The notes under the pieces are model-generated. The model was not told where the DNA came from. It ran no database searches and saw nothing but the letters and a program-made list of their open reading frames with translations. Positions 10,401-25,400 of a DNA stretch of 64,000 nucleotides are shown here, piece after piece (position 1 is the first letter of the stretch; every line of letters starts with the position of its first letter). The DNA is from Thecamonas trahens ATCC 50062 (taxonomy: Eukaryota > Protista > Apusomonadida): NCBI RefSeq assembly GCF_000142905.1, contig NW_013657643.1, positions 80,054 to 144,053 of the forward strand, given 5' to 3'. The translations under genes were made by a program, and so were the position numbers.

Positions 10401-13400
10401 CCGCACCCGCCATCGCACAAGCGCGAGTCGTAATGACCGCAGCCTGTGCCGGGGTCGCTCCGCGCGCCTCGACAGCACGCGATGTCTCGATCGCAGCCAC
10501 CAGGCCAGGCACAGCAGACTCTTCCACGCCAGCAGCTGTGACGGCTGCGGCAATCTCCGCGGTTGATGGCTTGTCCGCGGACAGAGTGGCCAGCGCGTCT
10601 GCCACAGCAGCGGCACTCAAGTCATCAAGGCCTGCGTCGCCAGCGAGGCGGGCATCGGCCTCACGCCGCGCAATGCGCTTGTCTTCGAGAGGCCGCAGAG
10701 TTGACTCGACGTGCTCGCGGAGTGCAACGATCTGTTCGCGGAGTGACGTCGGTGCGGCGACAGGCGCCATTTCATCATTGCCCAGGAGCCGCGCGATCTC
10801 AGCCTGTGCCTCGGCCAGCTCAGCCTTCAGGGCGTCAAGCTCGGCCTTGCCGACAACAGCAAATGCAACCTCCTCTGCTGCGCCGGCGTCAACACCAGCC
10901 TCGACAGCTGCAGCCGCCACCATTGCTGTGTCCGCACTCTCCATCACACCAGCACGAGTCGCAATGACCGCAGCCTGTGCCGGTGTTGCTCCACGCGCCT
11001 CGGCAGCACGCGATGTCCCAATCGCAGACACGAGACCAGGCACAGCAGACTCTTCCACGCCAGCAGCTGTGACGGCTGCGGCAATCTCCGCCTTCGACGG
11101 TTGGTCCGCGGACAGAGTGGCCAGGGCGTCTGCCACAGCAGCGGCACTCGAGTCATCCAGACCTGTGTCGCCAGCGAGGCGGGCATCGGCCTCACGCCGC
11201 GCAATGCGCTTCTCCTCAAGAGGCCGCAGAGTTGTCTCTACGTGCTCGCGGAGTGCAACGACCTGCTCGCGGAGTGACGTCGGTGCGGCGACAGGCGCCA
11301 TTTCATCATTGCCCAGGAGCCGCGCGATCTCAGCCTGTGCCTCGGCTAGCTCAGCCTTCAGGGCTCCATGCTCGGCCTTGCCCACAACAGCGAATGCAAC
11401 CTCCTCTGCTGCCGTGGCGTCCATACCAGCCTCAATAGCTGTAGCCGTCACCGTGGTCGTGTCCACACTCTCCATCGCACAAGCACGAGTCGTAATGAGC
11501 GCGGCCTGTGCCGGCGTTGCTCCGCGCGCCTCGGCAGCACGCGATGTCTTGATCGCAGCCACCAGGCCAGGCACAGCAGACTCTTCCACGCCAGCACATG
11601 TGACGGCTGCGGCAATCTCCGCGTTCGATGGCTTGTCCGCGGACAGAGTGGCCAGGGCGTCTGCCACAGCAGCGGCACTCGAGTCATCCAGACCCGTGTC
11701 GACAGAGAGGCGGGCATCAGCCTCACGCCGCGCAATGCGCTTGTCTTCGAGAGGCCGCAGAGTTGTCCCTACGTGCTCGCGGAGAGCAACGACCTGCTCG
11801 CGGAGAGATGTCGGTGTAGTTCCAGCCGACATCGACGCAGGCAGCAGCCGCGCGATCTCAGCCTGCGCCTCGGCCAGATCAGCCTTCAGGGCGTCAAGCT
11901 CGGCCTTGCCCACAACAGCAAACGCCACCTCCTCTGCTGCGGCAGCATCCATACCAGCCTCAATAGCTGTAGCCGCCACCGTGGTCGTGTCCACACTCTC
12001 CATCGCACCAGCACGAGTCGCAATGAGTGCAGCCTGTGCCGGCGTTGCTCCGCGCGCCTCGGCAGCACGCGATGTCTTGATCGCAGCCACCAGGCCAGGC
12101 ACAGCAGACTCTTCCACGCCAGCACCTGTGACGGCTGCGGCAATCTCCGCGGTTGATGGCTTGTCCGCGGACAGAGTGGCCAGGGCGTCTGCCACAGCAG
12201 CGGCACTCGAGTCATCAAGACCCGTGTCGACAGAGAGGCGGGCATCGGCCTCACGCCGCGCAATGCGCTTGTCTTCGAGAGGCCGCAGAGTTGTCTCGAC
12301 GTGCTCGCGGAGAGTAACGACCTGATCGCGCAGTGATGTCGGTGCGGCAACAAACGACATCGACGCAGGCAGCAGCCGCGCGATCTCAGCCTGCGCCTCG
12401 GCCAGCTCAGCCTTCAGGGCGTCAAGCTCGGCCTTGCCCACAACAGCAAATGCAACCTCCTCTGCTGCAGTGGCGTCAATACCAGCCTCGATAGCTGCAG
12501 TCGCCACCGTGGTCGTGTCCGCACCCTCCATCGCACGGATTTGCGCCGCAATGAGCGCAGCCTGTACTGGCGTCGCTCCACGCGAGCTCGCACCCCGTAC
12601 AGCCACCACATCAGCCGCCAGCGCCTCTACGCCGGACGCGTCCATACCAGCCGCGACAGCTGCTTCAGCCACATTGGCTACATTCGGCACACCCTCGAGC
12701 GACGCTACTGCAACCGCAAACATCGCCCCCTCATCGGGCGACATGCCGTGCTCCACAGCAAAACCCTTGTCTGCTGCCATGAGCTCGGCACGGCGCACGC
12801 GTTGTGGCTCGAGCTGCTCGGTCACAATCTGCTCGACTGTGGCAAGCTGCTCACCAAGCGTCGCTGCTTCAGCCACATCTGTCCCAACAACGCGCGCCAT
12901 CATGGCTCGAGCTGCCTCCAGCTCGGTCTTTCCCACAACAGCAAATGCAACCTCCTCTGCTGCAGTGGCGTCAATACCAGCCTCGATAGCTGCAGTCGCC
13001 ACCGTGGTCGTGTCCGCACCCTCCATCGCACGGATTTGCGCGAGTCGTAATGACCGCAGCCTGTGCCGGGGTCGCTCCGCGCGCCTCGGCAGCACGCGAT
13101 GTCTCGATAGCAGCCACAAGACCAAGCACAGCAGACNNNNNNNNNNNNNNNNNNNNNNNNNNNNNNNNNNNNNNNNNNNNNNNNNNNNNNNNNNNNNNNN
13201 NNNNNNNNNNNNNNNNNNNNNNNNNNNNNNNNNNNNNNNNNNNNNNNNNNGTGTCGACAGCGAGGCGGGCATCAGCCTCACGCCGCGCAATGCGTTTGAA
13301 CAATAGGCCGCAGAGCTGACTCGACGTGCTCGCGGAGAGGAACGACCTGTTCGCGGAGTGACGTCGGTGCGGCGACAGGCGCCATTTCATCATTGCCCAG

Positions 13401-16400
13401 GAGCCGCGCGATTTCAGCCTGCGCCTCGGCCAGCTCAGCCTTCAGGGCTTCATGCTCGGTCTTTCCAGCGACCGCGAATGCAACCTCCTCTGCTGCAGTG
13501 GCGTCCATACCAGCCTCAACAGCTGCAGCCGCCACCGTGCTCGTGTTCGCACTCTCCATCGCACAAGCGCGAGTCGTAATGACCGCAGCCTGTGCCGGCG
13601 TTGCGCCGCGCGCCTCGACAGCACGCGATGTCTCGATCGCGGCCACCAGGCCAGGCACAGCAGACTCTTCCACGCCAGCAGCTGTGACGGCTGCGGCAAT
13701 CTCCGCCTTCGACGGTTGGTCCGCGGACAGAGTGGCCAGCGCGTCTGCCACAGCAGCGGCACTCGAGTCATCAAGACCCGTGTCGACAGAGAGGCGGGCA
13801 TCGGCCTCACGCCGCGCAATGCGCTTGTCTTCGAGAGGCCGCAGAGTTGTCTCGACGTGCTCGCGGAGAGCAACGACCTGATCGCGGAGTGACGTCGGTG
13901 CGGCGACAGGCGCCATTTCATCATTGCCCAGGAGCCGCGCGATCTCAGCCTGTGCCTCGGCCAGCTCAGCCTTCAGGGCGTCAAGCTCGGCCTTGCCCAC
14001 AACAGCAAACGCCAACTCCTCTGCTGCGGCAGCATCCATACCAGTTTCAACAGCTGCAGCCGCCACCATTGCTGTGTCCACACCCTCCATCGCACGGATT
14101 TGCGCCGCAATGAGCGCAGCCTGTACTGGCGTCGCTCCACGCGAGCTCGCACCCCGTACAGCCACCACATCAGCCGCCAGCGCCTCTACGCCGGACGCGT
14201 CCATACCAGCCGCGACAGCTGCTTCAGCCACATTGGCTACATTCGGCACACCCTCGAGCGACGCTACTGCAACCGCAAACATCGCCCCCTCATCGGGCGA
14301 CATGCCGTGCTCCACAGCAAAACCCTTGTCGGCTTCCATCAGCTCGGCACGACGCAGGCGTTGTGGCTCGAGCTGCTCAGTCACAATTTGCTCGACCGTG
14401 GCAAGCTGCTCACCAAACGGCGCTGCTTCAGCCACATCTGTCCCAACAACGCGCGCCATCATCGCTCGAGCTGCCTCCAGCTCGGTCTTTCCAGCGACCG
14501 CAAATGCAACCTCCTCTGCTGCAGTGGCGTCCATACCAGCCTCAACAGCTGCAGCCGCCACCGTGCTCGTGTTCGCACTCTCCATCGCACGGGTTTGCGC
14601 CGCAATGAGCGCAGCCTGTGCCGGCGTTGCTCCACGTGCCTCGGCAGCACGCGATGTCTCGATCGCAGCCACGAGACCAGGCACAGCAGACTCTTCCACG
14701 CCAGCAGCTGTGACGGCTGCGGCAATCTCCGCCTTCGACGGTTGGTCCGCGGACAGAGTGGCCAGCGCGTCTGCCACAGCAGCGGCACTCGAGTCATCAA
14801 GGCCTGCGTCGCCAGCGAGGCGGGCATCGGCCTCACGCCGCGCAACGCGCTTCTCCTCAAGAGGCCGCAGAGTTGACTCGACGTGCTCGCGGAGTGCAAC
14901 GACCTGTTCGCGGAGTGATGTTGGCGCGGCGCTGGAAGCCATGTCATCATTGCCCAGGAGCCGCGCGATCTCAGCCTGTGCCTCGGCCAGCTCAGCCTTC
15001 AGGGCGTCAAGCTCAGTCTTGCCCACAACAGCAAACGCCACCTCCTCTGCTGCAGTGGCGTCGACACCAACCTCAACAGCTGCAGCCGCCACCATGGCTG
15101 TGTCTGCGGCACCAATTGCATGGCTCCGCGCCGCGATGACCGCAGCCTGTGCCGGGGTCGCTCCGCGCGCCTCGGCAGCACGCGATGTCTCGATAGCAGC
15201 CACAAGACCAAGCACAGCAGACTCTTCCACGCCAGCAGCTGTGACGGCTGCGGCAATCTCCGCGTTCGATGGCTTGTCCGCGGACAGAGTGGCCAGGGCG
15301 TCTGCCACAGCAGCGGCACTCGAGTCATCGAGACCCGTGTCGACAGCGAGGCGGGCATCAGCCTCACGCCGCGCAATGCGCTTCTCCTCAAGAGGCCGCA
15401 GAGCTGACTCGACGTGCTCGCGGAGTGCAACGACCTGTTCGCGGAGTGACGTCGGTGCGGCGACAGGCGCCATTTCATCATTGCCCAGGAGCCGCGCGAT
15501 TTCAGCCTGCGCCTCGGCCAGCTCAGCCTTCAGGGCTTCATGCTCGGTCTTTCCAGCGACCGCGAATGCAACCTCCTCTGCTGCAGTGGCGTCCATACCA
15601 GCCTCGACAGCTGCAGCCGCCATCGTGGTCGTGTTCGCACTCTCCATCGCACGGGTTTGCGCCGCAATGAGCGCAGCCTGTGCCGGCGTTGCTCCACGTG
15701 CCTCGGCAGCACGCGATGTCTCGATCGCAGCCACCAGGCCAGGCACAGCAGACTCTTCCACGCCAGCACATGTGACGGCTGCGGCAATCTCCGCCTTCGA
15801 CGGTTGGTCCGCGGACAGAGTGGCCAGCGCGTCTGCCACAGCAGCGGCACTCGAGTCATCAAGGCCTGCGTCGCCAGCGAGGCGGCCATCAGCCTCACGC
15901 CGCGCAATGCGCTTCTCTTCGAGAGGCCGCAGAGTTGACTCGACGTGCTCGCGGAGAGCAACGATCTGTTCGCGGAGTGACGTCGGTGCGGCGACAGACG
16001 CCATTTCATCATTGCCCAGGAGCCGCGCGATCTCAGCCTGCGCCTCGGCCAGCTCAGCCTTCAGGGCTTCAAGCTCAGTCTTGCCCACAACAGCAAAAGC
16101 CACCTCCTCTGCTGCGGCAGCATCCATACCAGCCTCGACAGCTGCAGCCGCCACCATTGCTGTGTCCACACTCTCCATCACACCAGCACGAGTCGCAATG
16201 ACCGCAGCCTGTGCCGGTGTTGCTCCACGCGCCTCGGCAGCACGCGATGTCCCAATCGCAGCCACGAGACCAGGCACAGCAGACTCTTCCACGCCAGCGG
16301 CCGTAACGGCTGCGGCAATCTCCGCGTTCGATGGCTTGTCCGCGGACAGAGTGGCCAGGGCGTCTGCCACAGCAGCGGCACTCGAGTCATCCAGACCCGT

Positions 16401-19400
16401 GTCGACAGAGAGGCGGGCATCAGCCTCACGCCGCGCAATGCGCTTGTCTTCGAGAGGCCGCAGAGTTGTCTCGACGTGCTCGCGGAGAGCAACGACCTGA
16501 TCGCGCAGTGATGTCGGTGCGGCAACAAACGCCATATCATCATTGCCCAGGAGCTGTGCAATCTCAGCCTGTGCCTCGGCCAGCTCAGCCTTCAGGGCTC
16601 CATGCTCGGCCTTGCCCACAACAGCAAATGCAACCTCCTCTGCTACCGTGGCGTCCATACCAGTCTCGACAGCTGCAGCCGCCATCGTGGTCGTGTTCGC
16701 ACTCTCCATCGCACGGGTTTGCGCCGCAATGAGCGCAGCCTGTGCCGGCGTTGCTCCACGTGCCTCGGCAGCACGCGATGTCTCGATCGCAGCCACGAGA
16801 CCAGGCACAGCAGACTCTTCCACGCCAGCAGCTGTGACGGCTGCGGCAATCTCCGCGTTCGATGGCTTGTCCGCGGACAGAGTGGCCAGGGCGTCTGCCA
16901 CAGCAGCGGCACTCGAGTCATCCAGACCCGTGTCGACAGCGAGGCGGGCATCAGCCTCACGCCGCGCAATGCGCTTCTCTTCGAGAGGCCGCAGAGTTGT
17001 CCCTACATACTCGCGGAGTGCAACGACCTGCTCGCGGAGAGATGTCGGTGTAGTTCCAGCCGACATCGACGCAGGCAGCAGCCGCGCGATCTCAGCCTGC
17101 GCCTCGGCCAGCTCAGCCTTCAGGGCGTCAAGCTCGGCCTTGCCCACAACAGCAAATGCCACCTCCTCTGCTGCAGTGGCGTCAATACCAGCCTCGATAG
17201 CTGCAGTCGCCACCGTGGTCGTGTCCGCACCCTCCATCGCACGGATTTGCGCCGCAATGAGCGCAGCCTGTACTGGCGTCGCTCCACGCGAGCTCGCACC
17301 CCGTACAGCCACCACATCAGCCGCCAGCGCCTCTACGCCGGACGCGTCCATACCAGCCGCGACAGCTGCTTCAGCCACATTGGCTACATTCGGCACACCC
17401 TCGAGCGACGCTACTGCAACCGCAAACATCGCCCCCTCATCGGGCGACATGCCGTGCTCCACAGCAAAACCCTTGTCGGCTTCCATCAGCTCGGCACGAC
17501 GCAGGCGTTGTGGCTCGAGCTGCTCAGTCACAATTTGCTCGACCGTGGCAAGCTGCTCACCAAACGGCGCTGCTTCGGCCACGTCTGTCCCAATAACGCG
17601 CGCCATCATCGTTCGAGCTGCCTCCAGCTCGGTCTTTCCAGCGACCGCAAATGCAACCTCCTCTGCTGCAGTGGCGTCCATACCAGCCTCAACAGCTGCA
17701 GCCGCCACCGTGCTCGTGTTCGCACTCTCCATCGCACAAGCGCGAGTCGTAATGACCGCAGCCTGTGCCGGTGTTGCTCCACGCGCCTCGGCAGCACGCG
17801 ATGTCCCAATCGCAGCCACCAGGCCAGGCACAGCAGGCTCTTCCACGCCAGCAGCTGTGACGGCTGCGGCAATCTCCGCCTTCGACGGTTGGTCCGCGGA
17901 CAGAGTGGCCAGCGCGTCTGCCACAGCAGCGGCACTCGAGTCATCGAGACCCGTGTCGACAGCGAGGCGGCAATCAGCCTCACGCCGAGCAATGCGCTTC
18001 TCTTCGAGAGGCCGCAGAGTTGTCCCTACATACTCGCGGAGTGCAACGACCTGCTCACGGAGTGACATCGGTGTAGTGCCAGCCAACATCGACGCAGGCA
18101 GCAGCCGCGCGATCTCAGCCTGCGCCTCGGCCAGCTCAGCCTTCAGGGCTCCATGCTCGGCCTTGCCCACAACAGCAAATGCAACCTCCTCTGCTACCGT
18201 GGCGTCCATACCAGTCTCGACAGCTGCAGCCGCCATTGTGGTCGTGTTCGCACTCTCCATCGCACGGGTTTGCGCCGCAATGAGCGCAGCCTGTGCCGGC
18301 GTTGCTCCACGTGCCTCGGCAGCACGCGATGTCTCGATCGCAGCCACCAGGCCAGGCACAGCAGACTCTTCCACGCCAGCAGCTGTGACGGCTGCGGCAA
18401 TCTCCGCCTTCGACGGTTGGTCCGCGGACAGAGTGGCCAGCGCGTCTGCCACAGCAGCGGCACTCAAGTCATCAAGGCCTGCGTCGCCAGCGAGGCGGCA
18501 ATCAGCCTCACGCCGCGCAATGCGCTTCTCTTCGAGAGGCCGCAGAGTTGTCCCTACGTGCTCGCAGAGTGCAACGACCTGCGCACGGAGTGACATCGGT
18601 GTAGTGCCAGCCAACATCGACGCAGGCAGCAGCCGCGCGATCTCAGCCTGCGCCTCGGCCAGCTCAGCCTTCAGGGCGTCAAGCTCAGTCTTGCCCATAA
18701 CAGCAAACGCCACGTCCTCTGCTGCAGAGGCGTCGACACCAACCTCGACGGCCAGGTCCACAACTTCCGCCACGCTCGCACCCTGCAAAGCACGAGTCCG
18801 TGTCACCACGATTGCCGCCTGGGCCGGCGTCGCTCCCCATGAGCTTCCTCGCTGCACCGCGGCCACATCAGCAGCAAGTGGGGCAGCCATATCGTCCGCG
18901 ATTCCAGCGGCGATTGCGGCCGCAGCCACGTTGGCTACATTCAGTCTACCCTTCATCGCGACAACCGCAGCTGCAAACTCTGAACCCTTTGTCGGGGACA
19001 TGCCGTGCTCGATGGCGAGAGCCCTGTCGGCCTCAAGCCACTCAGTGTGGCGGGCATCCGCCGGCTGGAGTATGTCGCTTACAGCCTTGGCTGCGACTTG
19101 CAGCTGCTCGTCAAACGTTGCCGTCTCGGGCATATCCTCTAGTGACGCCAGTCGTGCAATGAGGGCACGCGCCCTCTCCTGCTGGCTCAGCGCAGCGACG
19201 ACACTTTGTTCACCAGCGAGTGACGCAAGTACATCTGCGAGTCCCTCCATTCGGTCCGTGACGCTGCTGCTTTGAGCCACTTCGCCTGCCAGAAGCAACT
19301 CTAGTCGCTCGAAACGCGACCGTAGTGTCTCGCACTCCGCCTGCAGCTTCGCGAGCTCGTCTCGTCCTGCAACTGCAAGGCCCAGCTCTGCCGCCGCCGA

Positions 19401-22400
19401 GGGATCTAGCCCACCTTCGACGCCTGCCGCTGCGGCGCTCGCCACGCTCAGCTCGCCTGCATGCAGCTTGCCTGCAAAACCACAGCGTCAGCAGCACACA
19501 TACCAAAGCCCATCGCGTCACGTGCTGCCATTACCGTCCGCGCAAACTCGGCTGCGTGCTCCGCCGTCAATCCGTGCTCCTCCGCGACGCTGACCGTCCC
19601 GGCGAGCGTGAGCTCGTCTCCGAGCGCAAACACCTCCGCAGCGACAGCAGATCCAGTCTCCACCCAAGTCCGCACTCGAGTGCCACGTACTCATACATCT
19701 CTTGAGAGCCTGCGTGTCGATCTGCAAAGTCCTCCAGTGCGGCCAGCGCCTCGGCAGCTGTCGCGCTTGCCGCAAGGCTCGGTACTATCCTCTGGACAAC
19801 ATACTGGATGGCCTTGTCGCCGGCAAGAGCCGTAATGCATGCGTGTGCATCGTCGGTGCTGACGCCAGACTTTCGACAAGCCGCCTCTGCACTAATCTCT
19901 CTCGTGGCCACCGACACCGCCGCGTCGAGCTCGAGTCCGTGCGCAAGGCCGACTCGCGTCGCCACCACACCACGAGCCACATCAGCCGCTACAGCGCTGC
20001 TCACGCCAGGCAACATGGTAACTTCCGTCAGCCTGGCAGAGCCAGGCTCGCTCTCGGCCAGTCGCGTCGCCAGCTCACGCGCATGCTTACTCTCCATCGC
20101 AAGTTCTTCCGCAGGCCGCTGCCATGCCTGCTGCGGCGCAAGCTCGAGTGACACACTCCGCACCAGCCGGACTGCATCGTTGCTGTCTAGGCCAGAAGCA
20201 CGTGCTGCTTGTGAGATCTCATCCAGAGACACTGAATTGTCTGCGACTAGGCACCCCAGCCGCGCTGCCACTGCTTCGTCACCAATGCCGCAGGCTTTGG
20301 CAACACGTGCAGCGCGGACTGCGCCCATCACGCTGGCCACACTGGCATCGTCCACGCCACGCCGGGCTAGCTCGGCCTTCACATCGTCGTCGCTAAGGCT
20401 GCCTGCAAGTGCAGCAGCCACAAGCCCACGGGCGTCGACATTGGCCCAGTCGGCCACAATCGCCCCGCCGCTCGCGTGTGCGTTCTCGGCGTCCATCGTC
20501 AGCTGTGTACCGTTGCGCGCAACAATGGCCGACGCCACGCTCGCCACCACAGCATTCGGCACCCCGGCCTCGGTACACAGCTCTGCCACCGCAGAGTACG
20601 AGCCGGACGCGCCAGCCTCATGGACTCGAGTAGCCGCTGCAATAGCAACCTCGAGCTCCACGCCGCGGGCCACCGCCTGCTCCGCCATCACCAGAGCCTC
20701 AACATCGCTGAGTCTGTTGGCTAGCACTCGGCGATCACCCTCGCTCACGGAGCTAATCTGGTGCACGGCGTCGTGCGGGACTACCCGCGCCAACTCGGCT
20801 TTGGCACCAGCAAGCTCGTCTCGCAGCTGGGCCAGCTCGGCCTCGTACCGCGCACTTTCTGCGAGAACGGCTACTTGTCGGAGGGATCCACCGTGCTCAA
20901 GCGCAAACGCACACGCCGCCTGCGGACCGTCATCGCCATCAGTCACCAGTGCCGCCCACTCTGCCGCAGCATTCACCCCAAGCCCACAGAGGCAGGCCTG
21001 GCGCGCCAGGCGCACCTGGCGCGCAACAGCACCCGTCGCGACCTTGTCAAGACCGGCCGCCACGCAGGAGGCAGCAAGTGCCGCGACGTTTCGCTCATCG
21101 AAGCGCCCTGAAGAAGTCACAGCCGCAGCCAGCTCGTTTGCCGCCTCACTCGACAAACCGAGGCGGGTAGCAACAGCGGCCACAACTCCGAGTCCAGCGG
21201 TAGAGGCTGCGGCTGTGGCCAACCGCCGTGCATCCGCCTCATCCAAGCCAGCGGCAGTTGCTGCTTCCAAAACCGAGTGCGCCTTCCCCTCCTGGTGCGC
21301 CACGCTCGCAATCTCAAACGCGGCACTCGGGTCGAGTCCAACCGTCATCGCCTCGTGCGCCACGCTCACATCGCATGCAAGTCTTGCCGCCGCCGCATCA
21401 CCCACACCTAGCGTCCTCGCTACGCGCGCAATCTCGCATGTCTCGGCCACTCCATCCCAGTTGGCGACGGCAAGTCCAAATTGCTCCGCGGCGTCTGTGC
21501 CAGTGCCAGCATCGACCGCGAGGCCTGTCACAACTTCGGCAAACTGGTCTGCATTAAAGCTCCGCCGCGCGTCGAGAACTACCCGAGCCAACTCGGCTGC
21601 TCCGGTGTCGTTGCCCACCCCAGCATGCCTTGCAGCGAGAATTATGTCTTCGCGCGTCCTCGCTCCATCGCTCGCGACCGCAAACTGTGCCGCAGACATA
21701 GGCTGCAGCCCACACTCGCTTGCTCGTCTCGCCACCTTGGCTGCCAGCAACCCGCGGCTGCCAACACCGCTCACGGCGGCAGCTTCGCCGAGCGACCCAA
21801 TTGCGCTACCTGCCGTCGCCGCAAACGCCTGAGCGTTCTCGCGCTCATAGCCAAGCCCAGTCATGGTAACTTGGTCTGCGCGCCGCCACTCGTCAGACGT
21901 CCACCGCTCCACAAGGCTGCGTGCAAGACCAGAGCCGTTGCCGGCTGCATCGTGCATCCGTGCCTCGGCAGCCTCTGCAATCGAGCTTGCTGTTGAGCCA
22001 CAATCCGCGAGCACCTCAAGCGCAAACCCAATCGCATCTCGCGGGGCCATCCCGTGCGCCACCGCCATGTGCGCGGCCACAAGTCCGCGTCCAGCGCGCT
22101 CGGCCTCTCCCAGGTCGTGCACGGCAGATTCAACAACGCTTGCGCGGGGCACTCCAGGGAGCACGCTGCTGCTGAGCATAGCCGCAGCCCCGTCGGCGGC
22201 CGCCCTATCACTCGCACCAAGCGCACGAAGTAGAGCACTGTCCATCTCGAGTATCGCTGCGCGGGCTTCGACGAGCTCGCGCGCAGCTGCAACCTCGACT
22301 GCACCAGCCTCAACTGCTGCTCGGCCGGCCACTGCGAAAGCCAGTTCGCGCGCCGGCTCTGGTGCCATGCTCAGCGACTCGGCCACGTCGGCAGCTGCAC

Positions 22401-25400
22401 CAAGCTCAGCCTGCGACGCAAGTGCACCAGCCTGGACGCGGAGCGCAAACTGTGCACCGTCCATGGGTGCCATGCCGCGCACAAACGCATGCTCGGCAGC
22501 AACAATGCCGTCGGCCACGCTGATGACTGCATCCTCGGGCAAGCAGCAGTCCTTGCAGGCTGTGCGCACCTCGGCCGCAACTTCGTCGACAGAAAATGAG
22601 AACCGGTTTGCCACCACAGACTCGGCAAGCACCACCGCTGTCTCGCGTGGGACCCCGTGCCCGATGGCAATGATCTGCAACGCGCGCGCCCGCATCTTGT
22701 TCTCCCGCCCGGTAGCACACATGGCGACACGGGCCGGCCCGACTTCGGCGCGCAGCGTCTCGAGCTCAGTTTGCGCATTAGCCAACGACGTTTTGGCCAT
22801 TGTCTCACTCTCGCGCATGAGCTGGCCCAACACCGCTGCCGCCGACTGCGCATCCAGCGCTTCCACATTGGCTGCCGGAAGCCCAAACGAGTCGACAAGA
22901 AGTGGAAGAAGCTCCTTGTGGGTTGCGGCCAGCCCGGCCGCTGCGTCCATCTTGGCTTGACTCGCTTCGACCTTGGCAAGTGTCGCCACCTCGGCCTGCT
23001 CGTGCAACTCATCCTCGAGTTCTGCCACAGAGGCCTCCAGTGCTGCCACTCGCGCCGTTGTTGCCGCTAGAGTCTCCACCAGTACCTCGGCAACTTGCGC
23101 CTGTACGCCAGGTGACGCTCCCGTCACAGTACCGGACTCGGTCCCGTGCAGCAGGCTCGACATGGCATCCACAGCTTCGACAAGCGCAGAAGCGTGGTCT
23201 CCGCTCGGCTCGTGGCGTGTCTGCGTCGACGTCGAGATCACAACCGGGATAGCTCGCCCCAGCCGTGCCGTCAGCCGCGCTACTTGCTCTCGCTCAGCAG
23301 TCACCACGCTGACAGCTTGGTCAAGCCCGCGCGCAAGACTCGCCACCTTGGCCTCCATAAACTCGATGTAGGGACCGGGTTGGAGCGCTGACAGTCCGGC
23401 ATCAAGGGCGTCGGCGCGGGCGGCCATGAACGCCTCGACCGCTGCAGGCGTGGCAAGGCTTGCACCGAGCACGTTGTCCATGCCTGTGCTCTCCCAACCA
23501 GGCGTCTGGGTACCGCGTGTCGCGCTCTCGCCTTGCCCTGCCAGCCGCGGCTGCGGACTCTCGACAACGCTTGCAGCCCCGGCAGCCGCTCGCCGCGGGG
23601 TGATCGTTGCTGACCGCATTGCCGGAGGCGGCGACATGCCCAACGCTGGAATGTCTGGCAGTGCCGGTGCGCTCGATCGCGACGTGCTCGACGATCGCGA
23701 CCGGGCCGAGACGTTGCTGAGGAGCGAGACCGAGTTTGACTGCGGACGTGCGCTGCCCCTGCTTTTGCGGAACATCGGGTTGCCCACCAGATACAGAGTG
23801 CAGAGCGCTCGGCAGGCGGCGAGCATCGTCGGCAGCTCGGTGAAAAGATTGTACGAGAGGTTGCATTCGATGAGCTCCAGCAGGTTGCAGCACGATGCAG
23901 GTAGCTCCCGCAGCTGGTTGTTTGCCACGTTGAGTCCACGGAGCGAGACTAGCGAGCCAATCGTCTCTGGCAGCGACGTCAGCGCGTTGCCCCGGAGATA
24001 GAGCCATTGCAGCGAGGAAAGGTGGCCGATGTGCGCCGGAACAGACGTCAGTGCGTTGTGCGAGACGTTGAGCTTGACAAGCGAGGCGAGGAGGCCAATC
24101 TGTGGCGGAAGGTCGGTGAGCTCGTTCCGGGACAGGTTGAGCTCCTCCAGATGCACGAACGCCGGAAGGAGTCCGCCGGGAAGGCTGTGGAGTCCGGATG
24201 CACGGAGGTCGAGCTTGTACCGCTTGCGCGCAAATGCAGTCTCGAGCGCCTCCACGATGACAGCCGCCTCGGCATCGTCGGCGGGCAGGCCGGTTGACTC
24301 CAAGACTTGCGCAAACCGCCCGCGCGCTTGCACTAGGTCGTGGATGGTCTTGGGCTGGCGCAGCACCCACTGCCGATGCTGGAGCGACCACTCGTAGTCG
24401 CCTTCTAGCCGCGTGGTGGTGCGAATGGCCCGGACAGCCTCGTCCTCTGCCAGGGCATGGTCCTCGCCCTCACGGGCGTGGTGGACCGCCAGCACCGATG
24501 CCACGCTCGTCGTCGATGAGATCGAGAGCGACCGCGGTCGCCCGACTTGCAGCGACACCGCACGAAGCCGCATGTGCTTGGCTCCGATGCCTCCTGCCAA
24601 TTTGGCTGCCATCGTCTGAGACCGCGTGCCACGCGGCTTTTTCATAGCCCTCGCCACCAAGGCATTGACTCCGGTCAGCGGCGTGGCCGATGCCCTACCT
24701 GGTGAATCCGAGATCGATGCTGTCCGACCACGCCGATGCGACTCTCGCGCACCCTTTTCCGGCTGTGCATCCGCACGCCACCATCATAGGGACCTTCGTC
24801 TTCGCCATCGTCGATGTCCTCCGTGATCCGCAGCGGGGTGATCGGGCCCGAAGCGGCACTCGAGCCCGCGTCCGAGTCGGACATCGAACACGAGTCAGAT
24901 TCTGAGTCCAGGCTTGTGTTCGCGCTTGAGGACGTAGCCGAGCCTGGAACTGGCGCCAGAGCACGAGTCACCGTCCTGGCCAGCGTCTCGACCCGGCGGC
25001 GGCGGGCGGCGGCGACGCCTGCCGCGGCGGCACGAACCTCGGAGCGAACCGCAGCTGCGGCAGCCGAGGCCCGGACAAACTTCGATTCTGCAAGCGTCAG
25101 CTCGGCAGCCGCTTCGCCCATGCTACTCTGCATTCCAGCGCTGGCAGCAGCAGCGACTCTGGCCTCTGCTGCCTTGCACACCGCCAGGGCGGTGTCCTCG
25201 GCAGCTTCGACCTGAGCGAGCGGACGAACAGCCGCCGTCAGGGCGTCAGCTGCCTGGCGGACAGCGCCCTGTGGAGCAGTTACGGCCGCCAGCGCCGCAC
25301 CTGTTGCAGCCAAGCCTGCAGCATTGTCCATGAGCGCGTCCGCCGCTTCCGCCAGAGCTGGCACAGCGGCTACAGCGGCAGCAGGCAGGTCGGCGGCGGC

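Noticed and set aside
13030-13310. Frame breaks and a chimeric A/B repeat junction beside the gap
   Set aside because: Adjacent to an N-gap in a near-identical repeat array; best explained by low-quality contig ends or misassembly.
10100-21832. Long plus-strand ORFs (741, 858, 910 and 674 aa) over the giant repeat gene
   Set aside because: Antisense shadows of GC-rich Ala/Glu-coding repeats, Ser/Ala-rich with no domain signal.
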